54,522 bases of DNA from Tubiluchus corallicola (lineage: Eukaryota > Animalia > Priapulida). A program made the translations under genes and the position numbers. Each line of letters begins with the position of its first letter. Position 1 is the stretch's first letter. The notes below the pieces were generated by a model. That model ran no database searches. It was not told where the DNA came from and saw only the letters and a program-made list of their open reading frames with translations. Below, piece by piece: positions 14,721-25,200 of this stretch. The DNA is taken from positions 1 to 54,522 of the forward strand of contig JAQGDQ010001216.1 in the NCBI GenBank assembly GCA_030141605.1. The letters run 5' to 3'.

Positions 14721-15265
14721 CTAAGTAAGAAAAGATAAAATCCAAGCATTTAGTATTACACTAGCAAATAAAGGAATGATCCCTCTTTTGTCTGTCTGCT
14801 ACAATTTACTTACAGTCACGGTACAAATCCAAAAAACTGGCGTAGACTCCCTCTCAAAGTTGACTTGATTTGGATATGGTAGTGTACTTTTCCAATTTTG
14901 ATTTATTTTGAAATATAAATTTAATCAGCGCTATTCCAACTCGGTGAGTTTTCTGTAACATTGACTATTTCTTAAACAGGCGTCACATTCTAGCTAAAGC
15001 CCTATTTTCGGTATGGTCGGTTCTCAAAATTGTTTTGGTTTCTAGTATCACTATTTAATTTTTAGTACGAATGTCAAACAAAAAATCAAGAGGAGAGATT
15101 CAAGAAATGAAAAACATGATAATTTCAGGTGCATACCCTATTAACCTTTGAAATACATATTTAAACATAAATTTGCGCTTGAACTTAAGTTTAACCATCA
15201 GTACAACCAAATAGTATAATTTTCATTAAATCCACATTAATGAATATTTTAAACCAAATTACATA

Positions 15266-15330
15266 GGAAAATCGGACTGATCCTGTATTTGAACCACGGA
15301 TCTTTGGATTACAAGCCACTAAACTGCAGT
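15266..15330 (-). mobile_element. tRNA-derived SINE-like head
   Basis: Minus strand GCAGTTTAGTGG...TCCGTGGTTCAAATAC; shares these words with the heads at 32.9-33.1 kb. Confidence 0.55.
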
Positions 15331-15551
15331 CACACAGCCCTTGTGATCATGCTAATGGTTATTTTGCTCGCACATAGGCCTAGTGAGCCATGTGTACATT
15401 TTAATTTCATACTTATATAAAATACGGTACCTTCATCTACAACTATAATTTTAGTACGATACGTACATGTATACTGAGGAATAAAAGTTTTGAAAAATCG
15501 TCTGGCACATTTTATGGGCTGTGTCTCTAAAACAGGATAGTCGAGCGGCCG

Positions 15552-15570
15552 AGGCGGCAGACTACAAAGC
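15552..15570 (-). promoter_or_regulatory. Bipartite TCF site (HMG + Helper)
   Basis: Minus strand GCTTTGTAG-tct-GCCGCCT. Confidence 0.45.
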
Positions 15571-18472
15571 GAACACATTATAACAGGCTAGCCCGGTTTA
15601 TGGTAGAACAGCGTGGCCTGTTAACCCTGTTTTTATGGTCCTCGCTACTCGCTATAGGGAGGCGGCATTACCTGAAGCAATTTTGTAAAGGCACGACATA
15701 CAAGGCGTTAGTGGTCAGTGTCGAACAGTGTAGACTAACGTTATGTAGTAGTACATGATTATGGTTCTCAACTGTAGTTTTAATTTCGAAGCCTCGAATA
15801 ATAACCAAAATTACAAACACCGAATAAAGTAATAACATACTAATGTTATACTAATTTTATATAAAAAATCTACAGTAACAAAAACACCTGCTACTGTGTA
15901 GTCCTGTTGCAAATGTTATATTGTTCACACTTCATTGAAAACGTTATGGTTGTTGCGAAAGTCAAGGTCTTGTATTAAAACATGTAAGTGCCAAGTACAT
16001 AAAAGTCGTTTGTTACCCAAGTAACGTTTTTGTTTTATTCACTAAACAATAGGTTTCTTAGAGGCAAAATTCATGTAGAACTAATTCTATAAACAAGGTA
16101 GCAAAATTTACACACAGTTACAATTAACAAATATAGGACAACTGGCAAGTTACATTAAATTGAAAGAAGTCATTTTTTTCATTTGAACATTCAAACTCGA
16201 TTTGGAGTAATCTTCTTAATCGAGATTATATAAATACATATCGTAATTAAATTTCCATTAACCTGAGCTCTTGCAATACACGAAAGGTCACTTAATTATA
16301 GAAACAAAGACCCACCAGCAGCAAAAGGTACTGAATAAGCAGACACCAACTGTTCCACACTAAGTATTCAATTACTATTCATGAGAAGGGAGGAGATCCC
16401 AGAGTTGCAAACAATTGACACTGAGCAAGCAGTGAACTCTTCATACTTTACATACAAGCCTGAAACGTATGGTTCTTTCAAAGGAATATAAGAAACAAAT
16501 CTTTCCATTTAACACAAGGTGGGCAAATCTTAACTGGGCTAATTAAAACTTAGTAATGAACGTCTAGCTCTGCCTTTTTAATGGCGCCTACAAGGCCATA
16601 GATTGGTTCCACCACCATCTTACAATTACCGGACACTAGACAGGTTGAAACTGACCATCGAGTCTGTACCAGTTACTACAAAGTATACTTAATGCTGTCA
16701 GTAATACGAGTTATGCTGAGCTCTTTATTATCTATCACATTTATCTATTTATGTTGTTTAGTTCATTTAACTTTTCTACTTTTCTAGTTTGCATGCTGTT
16801 AATGCTACAACTAGCTTGTTGCCAAGACTAACGTATTACAGATGAAAATTGAAATAAAGATTGTCAAATGATAAACACGATACTATCTTATTGCTATTAG
16901 TTATTAGACCGCAAGGAAAGCTCTTACAGACCTGACAAACATCACATTAAGTTTCACAAACCTACAATAAAATAACTTCGTGCAAGCAATACGAACCAAT
17001 TCATTGGCGCCACACGCTGCAAGGTAATCGGAAATCTTAAATCATCGACAAAATCTAATAATACGCCGAGCTTATCACCTAGGTGTAATATATTCAACCA
17101 ATATTTGAAATAGCGATGCGGCTCCATTCATGCAAAACGAACAAACACCACCGACAGGTGAAAGTCCAGGTAACGTCAACGCGTAATTAATATCCACTGT
17201 TTACGTCCTGTCAAAATCAAACTATCTTCGCCTTGGGTGCAAGCGCTGATTTCAGTTGTACGTATAAGAATCAATGGGCGCTGATACTTGTATCTTGAAT
17301 CTCGAAACGTCCAAGTCGTCACAAAGATTTTTTTTTTCTTACTTCAAAATGTTGAACTTGCTCAAATATGCGAAGTTTCCATTATCGTAATGCTGAGATT
17401 TATATAAAAATTCCCATCCACTTCTAGATAAAGAATCGTAAATATTTTTTTTGCTTAAAAATTTCTTAAATTTACTCAAGAAATACGCGCGTGTGGTTCT
17501 GGAAATATTCCCAAATCATAAGCTGAAAGGTAGAATGTAATAGTTGTAGTTTGAAATAAGTACTGCATACAATGTCATGTAATTGGAATCTAGTTGAAGA
17601 ATATAATTCACAGTTTATTAGTACCATAAAAAGACTACAAAACAAGGAAACAAAAGATACAAATCCTGATATATCATTAAAAAAAATATGGGAAATCTCT
17701 AAGCAATAGCCTAAGCAACATAAGCCCAACATTTTAAGTTTGTTGTAACGTCTTAAAACGAACGACTCTACAAAGAATGTAACGATTATGAGACAAGAAC
17801 TTGGGTTAAAACGAAGAGTTATGAAAGACCGTGACTTTCACTAAAGCTAAAAAGATGGCATTTTGCCAACTACCAGTAAATTACTAGCATGCAAGCAAGC
17901 GATTCTTGGCTAAATTCCCGCAGGAAACCGCCATGTAATTTTGATTCATCTTACGTAATCAAGTCATGAATTCAGCGGTTGACTGCAGAGCAGCCATTGA
18001 TAATATTGAAATAGAATTTGAGTTGCAGTATATAATTACGTTATGTACATATCTATAGCTACTATTCTGCGAAATTTTTACTATATGCTACACAGCATCA
18101 ATGTTCAGTCAGTGACGTTCCGTCTGTTACTCTGTTTTAAAACTTATGTCGTCGACTAACCTTGACAAACTATTCACTGGCTAAGTGAACTTTTAGACTT
18201 CCATTAATAATACTAAGTCTGATTAACTAAAAGCGGGCAAGTTTCTGCTTCTGATGTTTTAACATTTGTATACCATTACAAGCTTACTAGACCAAAGCTT
18301 TACCTAAACAAGATGCAGGCCAGATATATAGCCAATCATAAAATACGATAAACGATTAAGGTCACGTTCGAGATTCGTGCTAAAGCACAGTAGAAAGTTA
18401 AATCAGGCGCTGGTGTTGATATACATGAACACGATCACAGTTTCTTATAAAAGTAAAAAAAGGCACAAATAC

Positions 18473-18685
18473 CTGTACAATTTCCCCTTCGGCTGTGGTG
18501 TTAGGACCGGCTGGTGAGAAGTTTACATCCAACACCGACTTATAAGTCCTGTAATCCCCTTCGGCAGTTTGATCATAGCGTATTATCTCCAGAAAAGCTC
18601 GTTCTTCTAGCCGAGAAATTCTAGGTATAGCATCCGAAGTTTCCAGAAATATGAACAAAACTAATCCACACAACACTGCTACCAT
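18473..18685 (-). CDS. ZNRF3: ZNRF3/RNF43-like transmembrane E3 ubiquitin ligase, coding exon 1 (signal peptide + start of PA domain)
   Basis: MVAVLCGLVLFIFLETSDA (signal-peptide-like), then RAFLEIIRYDQTAEGDYRTYKSVLDVNFSPAGPNTTAEGEIVQ, resembling vertebrate ZNRF3 'TAFVEVVLFESSPSGDYTTYTTGLTGRFSRAGATLSAEGEIVQ'. Ends CAG|gtattt (phase 0). Confidence 0.92.
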
Positions 18686-18835
18686 TGTTCACAATATTAT
18701 ACATTGGTACTGCAGTCTTTCACCGCACAATAACATCATTTTAAAACTCTCACAACTTTTATATAAGCTGAAGCGCGCTTATACTTTTCCCGCAACTTGC
18801 ACCACCACTACAGTGCCTAGTGCCTAGTTTATCAC

Positions 18836-18853
18836 TGGCGGTAAGATCAAAGT
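18836..18853 (-). promoter_or_regulatory. Bipartite TCF site (HMG + Helper-like), promoter-proximal
   Basis: Minus strand ACTTTGATC-tt-ACCGCCA, ~150 nt upstream of the ZNRF3 ATG. Confidence 0.5.
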
Positions 18854-19890
18854 GTCTGCACGTTATCACGTGACCCGGATGGTATTCACTGCTTGTGTGG
18901 CCCGTCAGGAGGGTTTGGATTGCAGCTGCGTAGCTGTTTCGCTGCCGAACACGCACGTATTGTATGATTTGTATCAAAATTAAAAAGACAACTAAAACTA
19001 AAAGTCTATTTATATATTTTATAATATTGGTAAATTATTATTCTAGGATTATTTCAATTTTAGATTCTTCAAGAATCATGTAAACCAGAATGACAAAGAC
19101 ATGTCGTACATACGTGTATGCCCATAGAAAGCTAAATAAGCATAAATAATTGCACCAATTTAACCATTTTACATCCTCTTAACGTTTTCTTTCTTTCATG
19201 GATTAAAAATGGTAATTTGCTCAACACACTTGTCCTTGCAACACTCACTTAGGTCGACCTGGTATAAAAAAATTTTATAGACTCAAATTTAATTCAGTTT
19301 CCAATGTTATCATTGTAGAATTGTCGTTCTAGTTTTTTAGTGGTAAGGGTTTAAGATTATTACGCAGTCTGGTGATAATTATTTAATAAACACGAAACAT
19401 TAAATGACTTTGCCTTTTTTTATGATTCTAAAAACTTATAAATTGGTTAATTTCATTCTTATTGCCTATTTTGTTGCTTGGAACTATATTACATGTGAAT
19501 TTTGCTTATTCTTTCAGCTTTATTATGCTTTTGAAAACATTCTGCGCTTGGACCTATATTACTTGTGGCTTCATTGTTTCTGCAACGTTGATTTGTGGAA
19601 TGTTAATTGTTAACACTGTGCTGCTACCTACATTAGTAAAATCCAAGTGGTTATTTATAGCTAAAATTGTAATAGAAAACTTAATTTGCCTTTCGATGAC
19701 TTCACCCCCCCCCCGAGTAAAAAAATAATACGGACGTCACAATTGATGATGTTACGCGCCTACAGCATATATATATTTATTTATTTGGAGTATATATATG
19801 TATTGTAATATCGAGCTATGAAATTTCAACTTTGTAGGACTGGCTCCAGAAATTATTGAAGTCTAGACTTTGGCGCATTTTATATAACGT

Positions 19891-19931
19891 ACACACACAC
19901 ACACACACGCACGCACGCACACGCACACACA
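19891..19931. repeat. (CA)n/(CACG)n microsatellite
   Basis: Direct reading. Confidence 0.95.
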
Positions 19932-20734
19932 ATTAGTAACTCTGATGTGGAGTACTATTGAGGACGAAGAGAAAATGAAAAATGCGTCTGAATGAATGTT
20001 ATCATTTTGTTTACCGAATTTTTTAAATAATTTTTGAATAATATAAATAAATCGCTTGTTTCATGTCCGAAGGGAGAGCACTCCATAGATATACAGTATA
20101 TAGTTTGTTTGGTAATGCCTTAGGCCCATTAGTTCTTAGGTATGACTTGTTTTTTACTAAAAGTTCTCAAATTTAAAATTGGTTGGGCAAATATGGTAAA
20201 CTATTTTGAATGGATGGGATGTTGGTGTTACTGATGTGTTTGAACATAAATAGAAGAGTGAAATGGGTCCCAGTCTGATTCTAAGATGAGAATTTTTTTT
20301 TATTTTCTTAATTCGATATCAGAGTGCATATGAGACATTGGTGGCTTACGTGAAGGGCCAGAGATAAATTTGAGTGCGTAGTTTGCAAGGCATTTAGTCT
20401 TTAAAGATTCTTTCTTTTTACTATGAAAAGTAATTGTGGCATCTGCAGAGATAATGTGAAAGATCAGAGTTTCATCGACCTAAAATTTTGGCATGCTTAG
20501 TTAATTGTCCCCTAATTTGACGTGTTACAGGCATTATCAGTGTTGTTAAGATGTGGTAAATCTTATTAAACTAATCATCCTAGTTCACTTTACTCTTCGT
20601 GCATAAACTTAAATATATAGAGCAAACTAAACATATAGTGTGCATATCCAGCTATGCCAGAATAACTTAAAATGTTAGATATAAATTGTTAGCATGGTTA
20701 TAATTGCTCTAAAGAAATTAGGGCCCTAGGAGTG

Positions 20735-20920
20735 TATTACTAGCAGCTACAATACAAGACAGTCCTCAATCAATCAAGTTTGAGCTCTTACGAGTGTACC
20801 TTGTGGTACATCCCTGTTTATGATGGCCCATTCGGAAAAACATAGTTGAAGGTAATTCGACAAGCTGACTCCTGTTTTGTAAATTTGTACAACTGTCTTG
20901 TATTGTAGCTGTTAGTAATA
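20735..20920. mobile_element. Short MITE / fold-back element, 186 bp
   Basis: 28-bp inverted repeat TATTACTAGCAGCTACAATACAAGACAG / CTGTCTTGTATTGTAGCTGTTAGTAATA (1 mismatch). Confidence 0.8.
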
Positions 20921-22041
20921 ATTAACTTAATTATTGCAACAACGACTTATTTTGTGACGTCAATAATTCAGTAATACAATAATATATTTATTGCTTTACT
21001 CAACAATACAAAAAACGATTATTGTAGTTAAATAGCCTGAAAATTCCCGTAAACACAGGAAGTGGTCGGTATGAAGTAAGCTCACCTTGGTGCGTCACCT
21101 TGTGTTCAGCAAGGAAATTTCTAGTACGTCACGAGATGATGCCGTGGTTCGAAGTCTGTGCATTTTGCGTGTTACTTTTTGCAGGTAATGGAAATAATAA
21201 ATTGTTTGCTTTTATTTTTATAGTAATTTTGCATGGTTGAACGCAAACGAATCTGTCTTTTGGTGAGAATTGGTAGAACTTGGAGTTTCACATGAACTGT
21301 GACATCGTTTTGTATCTTTATTTTCGAGTTCAAATATGGCAGCAATGTATTGCTTTGCACTTGCAGGCCATTCTGGTTCATTGTCATTTTAAAATTAAAG
21401 ATTCAAGATGTTTTTCCACAACTATATCAACATAGCATCATTGCAATTTATAGTAAATACACAATGTATTATACAAATCAATTGTATACATTCACATTAT
21501 TGTCAAAAATTAGTTGGCACAGTACACTATGGGGTACTTACACTTACAGACAGCAAATTTAATATAGGAAGTACACTAAAATAAAAGTCACATGCAAGTA
21601 GAATTAAGGCAACAACAGTCATGGTAGTTGGAGTGGTCTGATGTCAACAGTCACTGGTTATATAATTTTTACAAATTAGGTTTATTCCATTTTCATGCAT
21701 TCGCGTGATACTATTGCATTGTATTGTACATTGTTATATTAAATTTTGTTCGAAAAAAGTTATGCAATTTACCAATAATACTTATGTGCATATATATCAA
21801 ATGTGTCTTGTGCCGAATTTAATATATACGGTGCTGTGACATTTTATGATTTTTCCAGCTTAGCAATGGACATGCCATTCAATAATGGATGATTTCGTGA
21901 GCCTTTCCAACTTTCGTCATTTAAATACGCTTTCTAAGTCATGCAGTCTTACTAAAGAATTAACTTCGCGAACTAGAAAATGGCTAAAGTATTGAAAGCC
22001 TTAGTTTGCTTCTTATTTGCTTGCTGAGCAGCTATGACACC

Positions 22042-22215
22042 ATGTCTGCAATGACCCAACCTAACACTGACGACAGCGCTACATGCGCAAAAGCGGTGGA
22101 ACTGTGTGAATTGGTGCAAACAATGATTGATAGTAGTGCAGAGTATCTCGATGGTTTGCGGACACAGTGCTCCACCTCAGCAGCCTTCACACAGCAACAG
22201 ATTCGTGAAGCAGAG
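22042..22215 (+). CDS. KSR: KSR coding exon 1 (CC-SAM/CA1)
   Basis: MSAMTQ...[37 protein letters not shown]|gtctgg; the KSR 'GLRTxC...TQQEIR' motif. The start may be ATG 22042 or 22051. Confidence 0.88.
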
Positions 22216-25200
22216 GTCTGGCATGTCACTTTATTCTTATTTGTTTAATAATTGCGTATACAGTGGACTCTCGTTACGAGAATCACACGTATAAGAATCA
22301 GCTCGATATAAGAATCAAAATCGCGTTTCCCGAATTGAATCTGTATTTTCCTAGTGAAAATCTGCTCGTATAAGAATCACCCTTCTTTCGATAGTAGAAT
22401 CAATTTTGGCGCCAACTCCATTGTCTCTCATGCCCTGCTTACATGGTTCTGCGCAGTGGGCGTGGCGGACACCACAGAGATTTCAAATTTGTTTGTTTTA
22501 TGACAAAAATTATGTGCATTAAAAAAATTTTAAGGCAATTCTGGCATCATGAAATATTTACCCAACCATGAAATAAAAACATTAGTCTAGCAATTTTTAG
22601 GTTCTTTTTAGTCCAGAAAAACATTATGCTGTTTCATGTCGTTTCTAGCGTAATTTCGGGAAATAAATAATTTTTACGTGCATAAAATTTTTTAAAGCAA
22701 TTCTGGGTCATGCTCGTTATAAGAATCGCTCGTTATAAGAATCACTTTGCCTTCTCCCGAGGTGATTCTTATAACGAGAGTCCACTGTAATATGATCTGA
22801 GGTCAATTGGATATGTAGGTTGACTAGACACATAAATTGTATTTAGTAGTTTTGATGGCACATGTACTATTTTTGTTATAAGCTCATTAGGCATAACAAA
22901 TAGGCTTTAGGTTTAATAATTCGTGATATGAGATGTCTCATTAGAGATAAGTTAGGGTGGGTAGAATAGCTAGGTGGTCACGGTGTGTCTCTAATGTCTG
23001 AAATCAAGCAATGCACGACCTCATAAACATAAATAGATGCACACATCTGCCAAAAAATTCTGTTCTGGACTATTTCGCTTCCCTTTCCTTATCTTATACA
23101 TGTACATATTGTTAAGGCATTTTTGCCGGTTCAATATTTTAGAGGCTATGCCTTGATAATTAGCCCTAATTCTGACACAGCCATCAAAGTAGGGTGCTGC
23201 CATCAAGTGTGTGATATCCCAGCTTGCAGTATCTGCCATGGTTTTACCAACATAATTACTATCCAAAAAAATTACTTTATACAATTACTTTGACTTTTTA
23301 AATGAATCAATGTCGTAAAACAACTTAGCTTAACAAGAATAGCTCCATAAAGACTACAGATACTTTCATTTTTCTTCTTCTTGCAATTGTGTTTGTGACT
23401 TACCTTTTTACTAATAATGAAAACTTCATACGTTAGAAAAAATGATAGTACATCTGCTATAGGGCATATAGAGAGAAGTGAATCAAATTATGATTTTTGA
23501 CTTTTTTTAAACATTAACTTATGGTCATGGCCCATATCGGGAACAACAGATTATTAAATTTCAGTGGTTTAATAACTTAGTAATGAAACTGCATGGCCCA
23601 TATCGGAAACAACAGATTATTAAATTATAGGGGTTTGATAACTTAGTAAATAAACTGACAGATTGGTTTTTGAATTATTGGATTGTTATTCCAAACTGAG
23701 AACTTAGAGGTATGTTTTTAAACTGTTCTCATTCCTTTGTATTTCAGTTTATTAATGACATTTGTTATCTTATTTATGATATTGTTTTTCAGACAAAGTT
23801 AGTGGGTTACTTTACTAGGCAGCTACTAGCAAAATCTCAGATTCCAGGATGCTACCAAAGTGTACAGTTACGAAAATATCCATCCTTGGCAAAGTGGCTA
23901 CATGTAGTTGGCTTGAGCAAGAAATCGTTAAAGGTATATGTCAGTTGTGATTTATGCATTCTTTTGAAGAGTCAGATAACTTAATGTTTTTTTGTGTCAT
24001 GAGTTTTTTTTGTGTGAGATTAGGAAGTATTATAAGATCATATGTGTATCTAAAAACTAGGAATGTGCCGGATCCTGTAATTATAATGGAAATCTAGATC
24101 CAGCAAAAAAAGTTTGTCGGATTTTGCTCTGTTTGTATTTCTATTTTTCTGTGTGTAAAACTACCGATTGTACCAGTTGTGAAAAAAATAGTGGCACATA
24201 CAGATCGATCCGATGTGGAACCGGCAAAACCGGATCTGCTGCTTCCCTATCCAAAACGTGACTTAAGATATATGTATGTACACTCTGCTGTGTAAAGAAA
24301 AGTACCAGTGACTGTACTTTTTAAAAAACTTAAATCTGTTAGCATGGCCCCTGCTGTGATTGACAGTTTTTACCAGGCATTGATTGATAGTGTGCTCACA
24401 ACATCTGTCTAGGGTTATCACGTAGGGGGATCGTTCTTGTTCAGGTTGTTTAGTCTGCTTTGTACTTGTGTGAAATAAGGGTTGCTGAAAGAGTGCAAGC
24501 TATCATTAACAATGAATTTCATCTAGGTTATAAATATTTTTCAAATACTCTGGCCATAGATACTGTTCAGTGAGCGTTAAGACCATTCAGATGTTAAGCT
24601 CTTTCTATCCTGTTGTAGTTAGCACTGTTAACAATTTGTTAGCTTAGTAAATTTGCAGTATTCTCCATATATTTTGCTAAAGCATCTATTTACTTATTTT
24701 CTTATTTTTTATTTTATCCATATATGTTCAATGTTCTAAACAATACAGTATCACATTAGTAAATAAGCGCAAACAACAAAGGACACCACAGTTAGCCTTA
24801 TTATTATCACACTTGCAAAAACAAACAAAAAGAAAATAGGTAATTATCGCCTCCAAAGGAATACGCAGCTGTTTTTTTAAGCCGTGAGAAGTTATACAAA
24901 CTGCCCTGTGCAACTGTTTGAATTATTTCTGTTTTCAATTTTTCTTGTTTTATTTGTTTTACTCAACACTAGAAGAACCGTGCATGTCAATTGACTTTTC
25001 TATTTTGTACATGCATATCTCTGGAGGATATGTTCCTATTTTTTGTTACTTCTCCTAGGCCTAGAAGGACCGTCTGCATCAATTGATGCCAATGCGTGTT
25101 GTACATTGAAAATCGTCACCACAATGTGCTGATATCGCAATAGTAATGTGAATGTAAATCATTGAATATAAATTAGCAAATTCTTTCTACAAGCTAAAAA

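Larger units (their letters stand above)
303..18472 (-). other. ZNRF3: ZNRF3 intron 1 (~18.2 kb)
   Basis: GT..AG boundaries between two exons whose peptides are directly contiguous in homologues (EIVQ|xHPLGLC); no intervening coding exon is needed. Confidence 0.88.
18686..21184. promoter_or_regulatory. Divergent ZNRF3/KSR promoter region, with a probable non-coding first exon of KSR
   Basis: CpG-rich patches at ~18780-18960 and ~21050-21170. TCF site AGATCAAAG 18844-18852, E-box TCACGTGA 18866-18873, CRE TGACGTCA 20955-20962, ETS CAGGAAGT 21056-21063, candidate donor CAG|gtaatg at 21184. Transcription start sites cannot be determined from sequence. Confidence 0.55.

Noticed and set aside
19940-20600. 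Possible decayed LINE reverse transcriptase on the minus strand
   Set aside because: Only vague resemblance to the LGP and ADD motifs; too degenerate to call without an alignment.
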